Shown piece by piece: positions 9,545 through 20,229 of a DNA stretch of 64,000 nt. How positions within the stretch are numbered: position 1 is the stretch's first letter; every line of letters starts with the position of its first letter. This DNA comes from a virus. Lineage: Duplodnaviria > Caudoviricetes. The translations under genes were made by a program, and so were the position numbers. The stretch spans positions 193,909-257,908 of IMG/VR virus record IMGVR_UViG_2061766007_000342, one strand, 5' to 3'. The notes below the pieces were generated by a model. It was not told the origin of the DNA, searched no databases, and worked only from the letters and a program-made list of their open reading frames with translations.

Positions 9545-11728
9545 ATGAGTTATGTTACAACAAATGCACAAAGCAATATCATTTGTTTACCGGATGCAAA
9601 TGGCAACAAAGGTTATTATGACTTTGGAACAAAGAATACTTCTTTTTTGCAAACTGCACAAGAATTGAAATCACTTGGTATCAAGCATTGGTATTTTCCA
9701 TTAAAAGTAAAATATCCACAGTTTGGTTTACAAGATATCAATCCACGTGATCCTGACTTAAATGCAGAAACAATTGGTCGTATTCATTTGGAGTCTAAAG
9801 AGAATGTTTGGTATTGGGTTCGAGAAGTTGCACGTATTCCTGCAAAGGGAGCTCCACAACCATTCATGCCAATGTTAACACGTGCATCATGTTCGATGGT
9901 TTGGAATTTTGATCACAACATTGATTTCATGGTGTGTCAACCTCGTCAGACTCATAAGACGACATGGATTAATTTATTATTAACACATGCATTTATTTAT
10001 GATCTGAAGAACGTTGAAATTCCAATGATGCATCTGCAAGATAAAGATGTCACTCGTAACGTTGAAATGTTCCGTGATTATATTATGCAATTACCTACAT
10101 ATATGAATCCTTGGAGTGATCGTTTAAAACCACCAGGTGTCAAGTCTATTAAGTATGAAGCACATAAGACATCGATCTATCCATTGTGTCAACCCGATTC
10201 AGAAGTAACAGCAATGGATAAACTACGTGGTATGACGTTGTTTGCTGCTTTCATTGATGAGTTTGAATATATTAATTACATTTCAAAGATCATATCTGGT
10301 GCAAAACCTGCAATGGAGTCTGGACGTACGATTGCAAAACAAACTGGTGCGAGATGTTGTATTATGTATGCTTCCACACCGGGTAACTTGGAAACATCTA
10401 CCGGTAAGGAAGCACAACGATTGATTGATTCAACACCACGTTGGTCTGAGAAGTATTATGACTTGTCGGATGCTGATGTGGAACGTTTGTTTGAAAACAA
10501 TATCGATCAAGATGGTGTCGATCGTACTATGATTCGTCGTTTCTATATTGAGTACAATTATAAGCAGCTTCGTAAAGATGATGCTTGGTTGGAAAAGCAA
10601 CATATGGAAGCGGTTGCTTCAGGTGATATGGCAGAGTATAAACGTGGCTTCTTGTTACAAAGATTCCGCGGTTCTGATGGATCATTGTTCAAACAAGCAG
10701 ACATTGATTTCATCAACAATCATGTGCGCGAACCTGATGATGAGATTTTGTTGTTAAACAAATATCATCTGTACTTATATAAACATGATGTTGTGATGAC
10801 AGACATCAACTCCGAAACACCATTCTTTGATGTGACAATTCCATACATGATCGGTATTGATATTGCTGGCGGTACGGATGGTGATAACACAACATTTGTA
10901 GTTGTTCACCCATACACGTTCCAAGTCGTTGCTGAGCTTGCCTCGCCATATATGGGAGCATTGGATTTGATGCGTTGTATCATTGCATTGGCAAAGCTAA
11001 TCAAACATCCAGTGTTCTGTCCTGAAACAAATTCTATTGGTAAAGCATTACTGGAATGGATTCAAGATTCTAAGCTGGAGTATATGTTCTATTGTGATCC
11101 AAAATTGGATATCACCAAGAATGTCACTGAAGATGATGCGAATGATTTGGAGAAAAAATTAAAGAATACAGCATTGCAACGAAAATACATTGGTACTAAT
11201 GTTACTCCAAAGATTCGTAATATGATGATGCAATTGTTGAAGCGATATGTCCATGATTATCGACACTTGATCAATACGAAATTGTTGGTAACTGATATCA
11301 ACAACTTGACTGTATTGAAGGGTAAGATTCAAGCTGATAATGGATTTCATGATGACGTGGTAATGGCATATTGTCACATATTATATGTGTTCACATTCGG
11401 TTATGACTTGACACGGTATGGTATTGATAAAACAAAATGCAAGTTTGAGTTGGCATATCAAGAAGTCAAGGATTATGAAAAAGAAACTGAACTGAATCAT
11501 GTCAATAATATGAAACCATATGGACGCGGTGCATATGGATATGAAGAACAATTGTTACATGACATTGTTAATGTTCAAGAGAATAATGGCTTTGATAAAC
11601 AAACCGGTATGGATATGTATGGTTATAAACAGAACCAATACAATCGACAACAAACTGCAAACGAACAAGAGATTGTTCGTATGACACGTGCTGATTTGGA
11701 CTTCTTTACATCGGTACAAAACTTTTAA
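9545..11728 (+). CDS. terL: Terminase large subunit
   Basis: Walker A PRQTHKTT, Walker B AFIDEFE, motif ASTPG, RNase H-like nuclease motifs GIDIAGG and HDDVVMA. Confidence 0.9.
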   Translation: MSYVTTNAQSNIICLPDANGNKGYYDFGTKNTSFLQTAQELKSLGIKHWYFPLKVKYPQFGLQDINPRDPDLNAETIGRIHLESKENVWYWVREVARIPAKGAPQPFMPMLTRASCSMVWNFDHNIDFMVCQPRQTHKTTWINLLLTHAFIYDLKNVEIPMMHLQDKDVTRNVEMFRDYIMQLPTYMNPWSDRLKPPGVKSIKYEAHKTSIYPLCQPDSEVTAMDKLRGMTLFAAFIDEFEYINYISKIISGAKPAMESGRTIAKQTGARCCIMYASTPGNLETSTGKEAQRLIDSTPRWSEKYYDLSDADVERLFENNIDQDGVDRTMIRRFYIEYNYKQLRKDDAWLEKQHMEAVASGDMAEYKRGFLLQRFRGSDGSLFKQADIDFINNHVREPDDEILLLNKYHLYLYKHDVVMTDINSETPFFDVTIPYMIGIDIAGGTDGDNTTFVVVHPYTFQVVAELASPYMGALDLMRCIIALAKLIKHPVFCPETNSIGKALLEWIQDSKLEYMFYCDPKLDITKNVTEDDANDLEKKLKNTALQRKYIGTNVTPKIRNMMMQLLKRYVHDYRHLINTKLLVTDINNLTVLKGKIQADNGFHDDVVMAYCHILYVFTFGYDLTRYGIDKTKCKFELAYQEVKDYEKETELNHVNNMKPYGRGAYGYEEQLLHDIVNVQENNGFDKQTGMDMYGYKQNQYNRQQTANEQEIVRMTRADLDFFTSVQNF

Positions 11729-11740
11729 AATGGTAAAAAA

Positions 11741-11764
11741 TATCCCCCGCGTGTGCGGGGGATA
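11741..11764. terminator. Bidirectional terminator hairpin
   Basis: TATCCCCCGC-gtgt-GCGGGGGATA between convergent genes. Confidence 0.65.
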
Positions 11765-11776
11765 ATTTACACAGGA

Positions 11777-12010
11777 TTAATCGATATCCGGAATTTTACC
11801 GATCTCATTCTCGATGAATTCATCGAGTTGATCAGCCGGTATGTCATCTTTGTATGCCTTTTTCATAGCGTCGAGAAACCTCTCCAAGAAACCGATGTTT
11901 ACATAAGTATCCTCGAAGACTTTGATGAATGAGCTGATGCTGCAATGATGTGCATCGGCTATATCACCGATTGTTCGGATTTCTGTGATTTTGTCAAAAT
12001 TGTTATTCAT
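11777..12010 (-). CDS. Small hypothetical protein, probable early gene
   Basis: RBS AAGGAGG and upstream CATATATAATT promoter-like motif; a monocistronic unit flanked by hairpins. Confidence 0.65.
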   Translation of the reverse strand: MNNNFDKITEIRTIGDIADAHHCSISSFIKVFEDTYVNIGFLERFLDAMKKAYKDDIPADQLDEFIENEIGKIPDID

Positions 12011-12086
12011 AATGAAGACCTCCTTGTGAAATGGATGGGTTTATATTATCATATAAATTATATATGTAAATAAAAATAATATTTTA

Positions 12087-12127
12087 ATAGCTAAGTAGCG
12101 GGGCATGAAGCCCCGCCGTTAGCTATG
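12087..12127. terminator. GC hairpin, putative terminator of the portal-helicase operon
   Basis: GCGGGGC-atgaa-GCCCCGC with outer ATAGCTAA/TTAGCTAT arms. Confidence 0.55.
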
Positions 12128-12330
12128 TAAAATGGAGGTAAAAAGAAATGGGTACAATGCCACGTCCATTTGGGTCGGACATGTCGACATCCGCCCTATA
12201 TATCGACATGTCTCTATACCAGAGGAACTTTACGAAGAATGCATCGCACCAAACATTCTTCTCATGTTAGGAAAGCAGGAAAACCTAACATGGACGCAAC
12301 CCAAATGGATTAATTACTTGTGTAATCTAT

Positions 12331-14811
12331 TTAGCAATAAATTGGTGGTAATTGTTTATAATGACCACTTACACCTGGGAATGATTTCAGAACAACTCTA
12401 CGTTTCATGCCCCATTTCTCAAATGCACGTGCATACTTGACATGATCACATATGTCGAAGTAATAGCATTGGAATCCGCGGTCACGTAATCTACCAACAA
12501 TCTGTTCAAAGATGATAGGTGATGATTTCTGATCAAAGTTAACAACTGCACCTAGATTGGAGATATCAACACCAGTTCCACATGACATGGTTGTTGATAA
12601 GATAATGTCGGATTCAAACGCTTTTTGTCGTTCGGCAATTGGCATAGAACCATCAACATGTGCAATAGTATATTCCTTGAAGTATTCTTGTTTCTTCATC
12701 TCCTCTTCAACCATTGCTATGGCATCAAGTAATGGTAATAACAATAATACTTTACCTTGTTCTTTGATCTTTTGTGCAACTTTCACCATGTGGATGACAT
12801 TTGCAACGAATGGTTTGCCATTACGATAATCCATCAACATACGATAATATGTTGCTGATATCAAACCTTTCTTACCATATTTGAAATGCTTCTGACACAA
12901 CTGTGAAGAAGCATTGTAATGGATATCTTGAAGATATGGAATAATGTATTCGGTTTGATATTCTTCGTACTTCTTGGAACCAACGAAACGTTCTGCATCC
13001 GATAATGCACGATTCAGCACACGGTCTTCTACTTCATCAGAACGACCAAGTGTTGCCGATAAATAGTAATTGTGTTTGATATTACAGATTGCATCAAACT
13101 TTAATAAACCTTTCAAATGAAGATGTGCTTCATCGACAATACGAATACCAAAGTTCGCTTTGTCCATAACATCCATAAGTCCCTTCCAATCATCACGCAA
13201 TGCATTCTCGATGGAAGAGATTGTTACGACACATAGTTTCTTATCTGGTGCATCATAGATACGAGTTGCAATATCATCTTCATCAATACCGAGATCAGTA
13301 AAGTTTTCAATCCACTGATTCTTTAGGTTGGCTGTTGGTGCAATGATGATAGGTTTCTTCTTTAACAAATATACCGCATACAGAGCCATGAATGTATTAT
13401 GTGTTACAATGTAATCTTCGGTAAGATACAAGTGTTCTGGATTGTCAACCATGATGCATCGGCATTGTTCTCTATGGGATAATTCAATATTTGTTATACG
13501 AAGTTTTGAATAGTCATGTCTACTTGAAGATTTGGTATCATTTACTGCTTCATTTGCAATCAATAATTTTCGTGGATGTGTCATGATTAAATTCTTAATA
13601 GAATTTGGGATTCTAAAATACAAATTTGCACAAAATCCACTCGTATATTTCTCAACACGTTTATCAATTGCCAATCTGGATGAGTATCCAAATGAATATA
13701 ATAATTGTTGTAAGTCATTTAGTAAATTCAATGATGTTGAACAATATGACACATAATATCCTTTTGATGATATTGAACCATCAGTGTCCATTAGACCCTG
13801 CAACAGCTTTAAACGAACATCAACACTGTTGATCAGATACATATGTGGTATTCTTTTTTCATAAGAGTATGAATCAATAAATTCCGGAAGATCTTTGAAA
13901 AACTGCTTTTTGTCAATCGGTTTAAGAGTTTTCTTATCATAGAAATCATATGTGTAATTATGTAAAGAGCGTCTACGTACACCGAATCCACATATTTCAG
14001 CGATTTTATTCGGAACATATTCATCTCCGGAAGAAATCGCAAAACATCTATCTCGTAAACAACCATTACCAATTAAACATCCGAGAACATAAGGATCAAT
14101 GGGTACATTGGTATGTGGAAAATTAACCGGATCACATGTTGGAATATAGATTTTTTTATGAGCTATATTCTTGATCAGAGTCTCTGTGGTAACAGTTGTC
14201 CATTCATTACTATCATCCGTTTTAATTGTCCATAAATGTTCCAAACCACACATCGCGGTTCTTCCATCTTGGAATGTTATTTTATAAACATTTTTCACGC
14301 CTTGTTCAAAGATACCTGTAACATGTGTCATCATACCATCTCGTGAGAATACTGTATCACCAATGTTGAGATCACCCATCTTCACATAACCATTTGGCGT
14401 AGGAATTAGTGTTGAATATGGTTGTTCCTTACCGACACCGGGTTTCACTTCGATGGTAAGCTTTGGTGATTTACATTTCACCATAGCATCAATACAGTCT
14501 CTTTGTAATTGTGAACGTGGTTCACGATTCATCTTGATTTCAATTGTTGCTCCTTCACGTGGAGGAATTGTCTTGATGAATTTCTTTAATGGAATAACGT
14601 TCTGATCTTTCATGGTTAAGAATCCGGACGTAATGTACAATACATCATGTTCTTTACCAAAGATGGGCTTCTTATTTATATCTTTACCAACATAAATGAA
14701 GTATTCACGCACTGGATCTTTCAATGAGAAATAACGTAAAGCTGCACGTTTGACTTCATCGGATGGTTGATGAATAATCAGTCCGGTTGTTGTTTTTTCA
14801 ACCTGTTGCAT
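12331..14811 (-). CDS. Superfamily 2 helicase (UvsW/DEAD-like), intein-containing
   Basis: After splicing, Walker A reads KPGVGK|T. Also IVDEAH, LSAT, GTGVDI and EQIVGRLR. Confidence 0.88.
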   Translation of the reverse strand: MQQVEKTTTGLIIHQPSDEVKRAALRYFSLKDPVREYFIYVGKDINKKPIFGKEHDVLYITSGFLTMKDQNVIPLKKFIKTIPPREGATIEIKMNREPRSQLQRDCIDAMVKCKSPKLTIEVKPGVGKEQPYSTLIPTPNGYVKMGDLNIGDTVFSRDGMMTHVTGIFEQGVKNVYKITFQDGRTAMCGLEHLWTIKTDDSNEWTTVTTETLIKNIAHKKIYIPTCDPVNFPHTNVPIDPYVLGCLIGNGCLRDRCFAISSGDEYVPNKIAEICGFGVRRRSLHNYTYDFYDKKTLKPIDKKQFFKDLPEFIDSYSYEKRIPHMYLINSVDVRLKLLQGLMDTDGSISSKGYYVSYCSTSLNLLNDLQQLLYSFGYSSRLAIDKRVEKYTSGFCANLYFRIPNSIKNLIMTHPRKLLIANEAVNDTKSSSRHDYSKLRITNIELSHREQCRCIMVDNPEHLYLTEDYIVTHNTFMALYAVYLLKKKPIIIAPTANLKNQWIENFTDLGIDEDDIATRIYDAPDKKLCVVTISSIENALRDDWKGLMDVMDKANFGIRIVDEAHLHLKGLLKFDAICNIKHNYYLSATLGRSDEVEDRVLNRALSDAERFVGSKKYEEYQTEYIIPYLQDIHYNASSQLCQKHFKYGKKGLISATYYRMLMDYRNGKPFVANVIHMVKVAQKIKEQGKVLLLLPLLDAIAMVEEEMKKQEYFKEYTIAHVDGSMPIAERQKAFESDIILSTTMSCGTGVDISNLGAVVNFDQKSSPIIFEQIVGRLRDRGFQCYYFDICDHVKYARAFEKWGMKRRVVLKSFPGVSGHYKQLPPIYC
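13396..14427 (-). mobile_element. Intein (344 aa, class-3-like) with LAGLIDADG homing endonuclease
   Basis: Begins EQPYSTLIPTPNG and ends YIVTHN before +1 Thr. Block B CGLEHLW, block F CRCIMVD. Endonuclease motifs PYVLGCLIGNG and LLQGLMDTDG. Confidence 0.9.
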
Positions 14812-14812
14812 A

Positions 14813-17257
14813 TCACATCATGCCTCCCATCATATCTTCACCTTCGGGAGCATTGTTGAGAATGTTCTTTGCAGGATCAGCTTCCTTCTCCAAACGATAT
14901 TGATTGGCTTCATCACGTGCTTCATCAGATAAACGATCAAACAATTCAATGTCAACTTCCGGCATATATTCCGCTAATACTTTCTTCTTGAACATACGTG
15001 CAGTTGGTGACATATTATCTTCACCATCTTTACCTTCTTTACGTTCCTCAGGAGACAACCATATCGGAAGGATAAAGTCGATAAATGCGGACATATTCTG
15101 GATCTTTTCCGTTGTAACATTCAAGTATTTCGCCGTTGGCATACGGAATGAGAACTCCAACGTCTTAATGAGTTCTGGATCGATATCTGTCTCCCAACGC
15201 ATAATACGTCTGTAGAAATCTGTTATATACGGATTCAGTTCCAACTTTTGTCCTGAAATGAATGAATTGAACTTTGTGTTTGCAAGCTCTGTTTCTTTTG
15301 CAAATTCAATCTCGGATACACCACCATTGGTGAGTAACAATGCCGGAACTGGTGTACAGTTAACGGCTTCCGTTTTCATTTGATCCATCAGATCAGTGTT
15401 GATGGGTGCCTGAGCAGCCTCAATTGTCTCCACATTAATAGGAGGATTATCACCTGCACCAAGTGGCATGATCAATTCTGATCCACCAGACACTTTATTC
15501 ATGGATGTCCGATAATTGAAGATATCATTTGCAGTAACACGACGTGCAGCAAACTTACGCATGGTATCTTGTACGAACTGTTTGTAGTTTGTATCAATAC
15601 CACTCATACGAAGATTATACACACGAACTTGTGAGTTGTTGATCTGATAAAGAATAGAATACAACTTCAAGAACATGTACATTCTAGCAGTGATTAATCC
15701 TGGTTCCAACATGGAGTGACCATGTCCAAGACCATCTTCGTTGACAATGAACGGACACACATGCTCTGCAGGAATGAAGATGAAACGCATCATTGCTTCA
15801 TTGAATTTGTGAGACTGTAAGATTGCAACAATCTGTGCATGAAGTGCTGTGTTATCACGCATGAACTTCAAATCAAAGTTGTTGATGATCTTAGTTGCCA
15901 ACTTCTCACAGAACATCTGGTCGGGAGAGAATGTATCATAACCAATGGATGGTGTACGAAGTGTATATCCTGATAAACCGGAGTTACGTCTTTCACCACT
16001 CTTCTCGGGTCTGGTTTGATCGGCAATATAATAATAACCAATAATGGTACGATCAATACGAATAGGAATCAGCTTTGTTGCAGGAAGAATACGAATATAA
16101 CATCCCTTAACATTACCAAATTCTTTTTCAAAATCTTGTACGGTATCATTGGTATCATTGATAACTGCTTCAAATACAGCTTTTGCATTCGTTATATATT
16201 CCGGATGTTTCTTAGAATATTTCAAATCATATGCAAGTTTTAGATCATGTGGTGAATCTTCAATGACTGGTAATGCAATATCCTTATCAATGTAAGAAAT
16301 ATTATCACCGATTTCTTTCATGAATGCTTCTACTTGTTGATCATATTCTTTGATCATTTTCTTTTCTTGTGTAGATTGTTCCGGCGCATCCGACATTGGT
16401 TTTGCATGATACATCGGAACAACATCCATGATTTCTGCTTCTGTGATCCAACCACCTTCCATGATGGTTTGATGTTTCTTTTTATATTGAGCATTGTGTG
16501 CTTCTTGAATGATTTGTGTTGCTTTGTTCAATGACAACTCAACTGACTCACCATATCCGTAACCATTCATACGCGAAGATGTTTCAAACATATTCGCAAC
16601 GGATTCGGAATTACGTTTGTCTTTCTTGTTCAGTTTGTACTTATACAAATCCGAAAAAACTTTTGCATATGGAATGGTGTAAACATATGATTCACCATAC
16701 AACTCCGTGTTGAATACAACATGATTCTTGATGATATGATGAAGCTTCAAACGATCTTCAACATCTTCTACCTTTTCAATTAATGAATCCTTTTCATCAT
16801 CCGAAAGATTAGAACGATCGAATTTAATCGTGCGAGACAACTTTCCATTGACGGTATCTGCTTCACAAATGGCATCACGTGTAACCTGTAATGCTGTAAA
16901 CCATTCTGGAAGCTGAGACACAATCAAATCTAAGTCTTGACGTAATGCAATATCTGCAATGGTATTAACGGGTAAGAATGCAGCATCTTGAAGTTCATTC
17001 GGAAGTTCCGCAATGGATACTTCTTCACCTTTGTTGTTCGCAAACTTCAGTTTTGCAATCTTTTCGACGAACGACATATCCGTTCGCAGATTATACTTTG
17101 ATAAGATATTCTCGATAGTTGATGTGATCTCATCTTTTGTAACACTCTCTTTGTCTCTACCAATGACATCACCAATTAATCCATCAATAATGTCTTCATT
17201 AATCTTGGGATTTGCTTTTGCTCTAGGAGTATCGTTATTATTATTCATTTCTGCCAT
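14813..17257 (-). CDS. Portal protein (phiKZ/AR9-type)
   Basis: 814 aa. YGESYVY, IIGYYY, FIPAEHV, GHSMLE, RVYNL and PVP...EFAK pattern of portal proteins; near the terminase. Confidence 0.75.
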   Translation of the reverse strand: MAEMNNNNDTPRAKANPKINEDIIDGLIGDVIGRDKESVTKDEITSTIENILSKYNLRTDMSFVEKIAKLKFANNKGEEVSIAELPNELQDAAFLPVNTIADIALRQDLDLIVSQLPEWFTALQVTRDAICEADTVNGKLSRTIKFDRSNLSDDEKDSLIEKVEDVEDRLKLHHIIKNHVVFNTELYGESYVYTIPYAKVFSDLYKYKLNKKDKRNSESVANMFETSSRMNGYGYGESVELSLNKATQIIQEAHNAQYKKKHQTIMEGGWITEAEIMDVVPMYHAKPMSDAPEQSTQEKKMIKEYDQQVEAFMKEIGDNISYIDKDIALPVIEDSPHDLKLAYDLKYSKKHPEYITNAKAVFEAVINDTNDTVQDFEKEFGNVKGCYIRILPATKLIPIRIDRTIIGYYYIADQTRPEKSGERRNSGLSGYTLRTPSIGYDTFSPDQMFCEKLATKIINNFDLKFMRDNTALHAQIVAILQSHKFNEAMMRFIFIPAEHVCPFIVNEDGLGHGHSMLEPGLITARMYMFLKLYSILYQINNSQVRVYNLRMSGIDTNYKQFVQDTMRKFAARRVTANDIFNYRTSMNKVSGGSELIMPLGAGDNPPINVETIEAAQAPINTDLMDQMKTEAVNCTPVPALLLTNGGVSEIEFAKETELANTKFNSFISGQKLELNPYITDFYRRIMRWETDIDPELIKTLEFSFRMPTAKYLNVTTEKIQNMSAFIDFILPIWLSPEERKEGKDGEDNMSPTARMFKKKVLAEYMPEVDIELFDRLSDEARDEANQYRLEKEADPAKNILNNAPEGEDMMGGMM

Positions 17258-17284
17258 GGGTATTGTTCACCTACCTTTGTAATG

Positions 17285-19168
17285 TTAACGAACAATTGTT
17301 GGTTTACGTAAACTGGTTTCCATACGAGCATGAACTGCTTGTTCATATCCAGTGTAATTATCATAAACACCATCTTTCAATGAATCCGGTATTTCTTCTA
17401 ATCCAGTATTTGTTGGATTCGAAGTAAATGCTGTTGGACGATAACGCGATGGATATTCATGTTCAATGTAATTGTTCATCGAATGATAATCATGATTTTC
17501 AAATGCACGAGAATCCGAATTGTACAACGGTTTGAACATTAAGAATGGAGAATATATTTTGTAATTGGGATTGACTTGTTGACGTGTATTATCCAATACG
17601 ATGTATGGCGTACCAACCCACATGGATGATGCTCCCATATATGTTTTAGATTGATAATTGACATCATCACGTGGTGAATCACGGTAATAATCCCATGGTT
17701 GTGTATCATACATATCCATTCTTAATGAACCATTTGCGTTGACAACACCTGCGTTATAATTGAATTCTACAAAGGATTGTTCATTCATCTCCAATTTGTA
17801 TTGATAACGGAACTGTGCACTGACGGTCATCTCACTCGTGAGTGCTTGTCCATTGTTATTATTGATACCAGACAACTGTGCTGTTACTGGGTATACACCA
17901 TAATACTTACACCAATACAAGATTTGTGTACCAGATTCATTTGTAACCACATCAAATATGGATGAACAATAATCGAGTGCACGATCATATGGATGTCCCC
18001 ATAAACCATTACCAAATGTTTTAGAACCCGTAATATCAATGTCACTACCGGAACCAATTGCATATGTGTTTTGGTATTGGTATCCATTGTATGATGGTGA
18101 AAGAAATCCTTCATATGTTTTGAACTGATATAACATTTGGAGTCGTAGATAGTTGTATACTTCCAAACGTTTGGTATCTTTAAATGTCAATTCCAATGTG
18201 GAACCAACGCTGGATTGTAATGTACCAGCTGGTGTGATCGTATAACCATCTGTCGACTTTTGTATTGTTTCATCAATACCAATTTGTGTTCCAGTTGTAT
18301 TCATGCTCATGACACGATTGGACAACATGAAGTTGAAATTGGAAAATGATCCAGTGATATAAGATGGAGATAACAATTCCAACAAATGTGGAAATTGATG
18401 GAATGCAGTTGAGAAGTCACGATCCTTTTCACATTGTTCACTTAACACAAGTTGTCCATTATTCGTTCCCATGATATAACATTCAGGACGTGTGATAAAG
18501 ATATGACGAAATCCTTTACGCCATTCCAAATCTGCAACGGGTAACTTTGTACGATTATAATAGTAATAGTTTGTCGCTTGTGCAAGTTGTGGATCAGAAC
18601 GTGTAAATGGAAGAATCGGTGAGATACGTGGTTCCTTGTTATCGAACAACTGCTTCTCATGTTCGTGTAATCCATTTGTGATAATGTCATCTACATTGGG
18701 ATCATCAAATGGATTAACATTCGTTGTTGATCCTGAAAATACAGGGACTTTGTTTTGTTGTACACGTTGCCATGCTTTCGATGCAGTACGATTACGAACC
18801 GCTTGTTCATATCCCGAATAGAAATCCGTTCCTTGTGGGATATTGGTTGTTGGCTTTGCAACTAAATTACGAACCGTTGTTGGTAATTCTTCCATACCAG
18901 GTTCGTTGATATCACGTGTAAAGTGTTCGTCCATATGACGAATGAACGTGTCATTATTATCTGCATTGGGATTTTTCAATCCAGGTTGATGATGTGCGAA
19001 GTGGTTGTTTGGAGCCAATGAAACACCATCAGCATTTGGATTGATATTCCGTGCAGCATCTTGAACATATGATATGTATTTGGGAACACCACGTGGATAT
19101 CCCGTTGTAACATTTTCGTCTGTGGTGTAACCATCACCATATAACGAGTTCTTTTCTAATGTTGGCAT
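17285..19168 (-). CDS. Virion structural protein (tube-like baseplate component)
   Basis: HIFITRP...LTFKDT...YWCKYYGVYP...VSAQFRY resembles tube-fold baseplate proteins of jumbo phages. Confidence 0.5.
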   Translation of the reverse strand: MPTLEKNSLYGDGYTTDENVTTGYPRGVPKYISYVQDAARNINPNADGVSLAPNNHFAHHQPGLKNPNADNNDTFIRHMDEHFTRDINEPGMEELPTTVRNLVAKPTTNIPQGTDFYSGYEQAVRNRTASKAWQRVQQNKVPVFSGSTTNVNPFDDPNVDDIITNGLHEHEKQLFDNKEPRISPILPFTRSDPQLAQATNYYYYNRTKLPVADLEWRKGFRHIFITRPECYIMGTNNGQLVLSEQCEKDRDFSTAFHQFPHLLELLSPSYITGSFSNFNFMLSNRVMSMNTTGTQIGIDETIQKSTDGYTITPAGTLQSSVGSTLELTFKDTKRLEVYNYLRLQMLYQFKTYEGFLSPSYNGYQYQNTYAIGSGSDIDITGSKTFGNGLWGHPYDRALDYCSSIFDVVTNESGTQILYWCKYYGVYPVTAQLSGINNNNGQALTSEMTVSAQFRYQYKLEMNEQSFVEFNYNAGVVNANGSLRMDMYDTQPWDYYRDSPRDDVNYQSKTYMGASSMWVGTPYIVLDNTRQQVNPNYKIYSPFLMFKPLYNSDSRAFENHDYHSMNNYIEHEYPSRYRPTAFTSNPTNTGLEEIPDSLKDGVYDNYTGYEQAVHARMETSLRKPTIVR

Positions 19169-19190
19169 ATCATCACCACCAATGTATTAT

Positions 19191-20126
19191 TTATACCATA
19201 CCAGTTAACATCGTTAATGTTTTCTTACATGGAACAGATATCAGCTTATTCAAACCAAAGTTTGTCAAACGAGTTTTGTATGCAGCCGAGGTTAACAACA
19301 GCATCAAGTATGCGGGGTTCTCCAATGCGAAGATCAAATATACACCACATGAAGCTGTGAAGTAATTCAAATATGTGCTTTGGAGATTCTTATAACGAAC
19401 GGGATTGATTTGAATAATGAGATTCAGATACTCCATAAAGTTCATGTTATCCATTGATTGAACATTCTGAACAATTTCTTGTACAAGTTTGGGATCAACC
19501 TTTTGGTTTAACATACGCTTATAATTGATCTTGGATGCTTCCATCTTATCACCATCAATCATGCGATAGAAGTATGCAATGGAATATAACATAGCCTTTA
19601 CCAAGTTATCACCCTTCATGTACAGTCGTTGTTCCAAAGGAGCATTCACCATGTATTGATAAGACATGCATAACGACAATACCAAATCACGATTATTGGT
19701 AAACTTATTCGGATTGATTTGTAATTGTAATGCCAGATAACCTGCTTCAATACCAGCCATCAAGTTAATGATTTCAGATTGATTGGTTAACTTTGACATC
19801 AATGTACTTGCAAAGATGTAACACTTCGGTTGATCCTTACCGGCAATGATGTACGGAAGTACCGGCGGAATCTTAGAAGATGGATTAAAAGTCACAATCA
19901 AGTCACCTTTATCCCATGCAGCAATTGCTTTCTTCAAGATGGGATCACCATTCAATCGCATGAATGATACAACATCTTGTACATCTGTTGAACGGATCAT
20001 GTGATCATTAATATGTGCAAATTCATCCTTAACAGCATCGGTAATACCCGAAGCCGCATCGTATTTTGCATACAACGAAGTCTGTGACAGCTTTGGAAGC
20101 TGTGCTTCTAAAAACAGTTCAATCAT
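19191..20126 (-). CDS. Hypothetical (probable virion) protein
   Basis: 311-aa ORF with RBS AGGAGTG at the head of the structural operon. The N-terminal LFLE could be a prohead-protease site. Confidence 0.55.
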   Translation of the reverse strand: MIELFLEAQLPKLSQTSLYAKYDAASGITDAVKDEFAHINDHMIRSTDVQDVVSFMRLNGDPILKKAIAAWDKGDLIVTFNPSSKIPPVLPYIIAGKDQPKCYIFASTLMSKLTNQSEIINLMAGIEAGYLALQLQINPNKFTNNRDLVLSLCMSYQYMVNAPLEQRLYMKGDNLVKAMLYSIAYFYRMIDGDKMEASKINYKRMLNQKVDPKLVQEIVQNVQSMDNMNFMEYLNLIIQINPVRYKNLQSTYLNYFTASCGVYLIFALENPAYLMLLLTSAAYKTRLTNFGLNKLISVPCKKTLTMLTGMV

Positions 20127-20229
20127 TTTATATACACTCCTGACTTATAATGAAATTGAATTTGTCAATATCGGACAAATGTTATCAACTGGTCTTGGGG
20201 GTAAATTTATAATAGGAGGATCATTCATC

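Noticed and set aside
12132-12440. 102-aa plus-strand ORF
   Set aside because: It overlaps the helicase end in antisense and its start coincides with an SD-like GGAGG. A shorter ORF from about 12148 is possible but unsupported.
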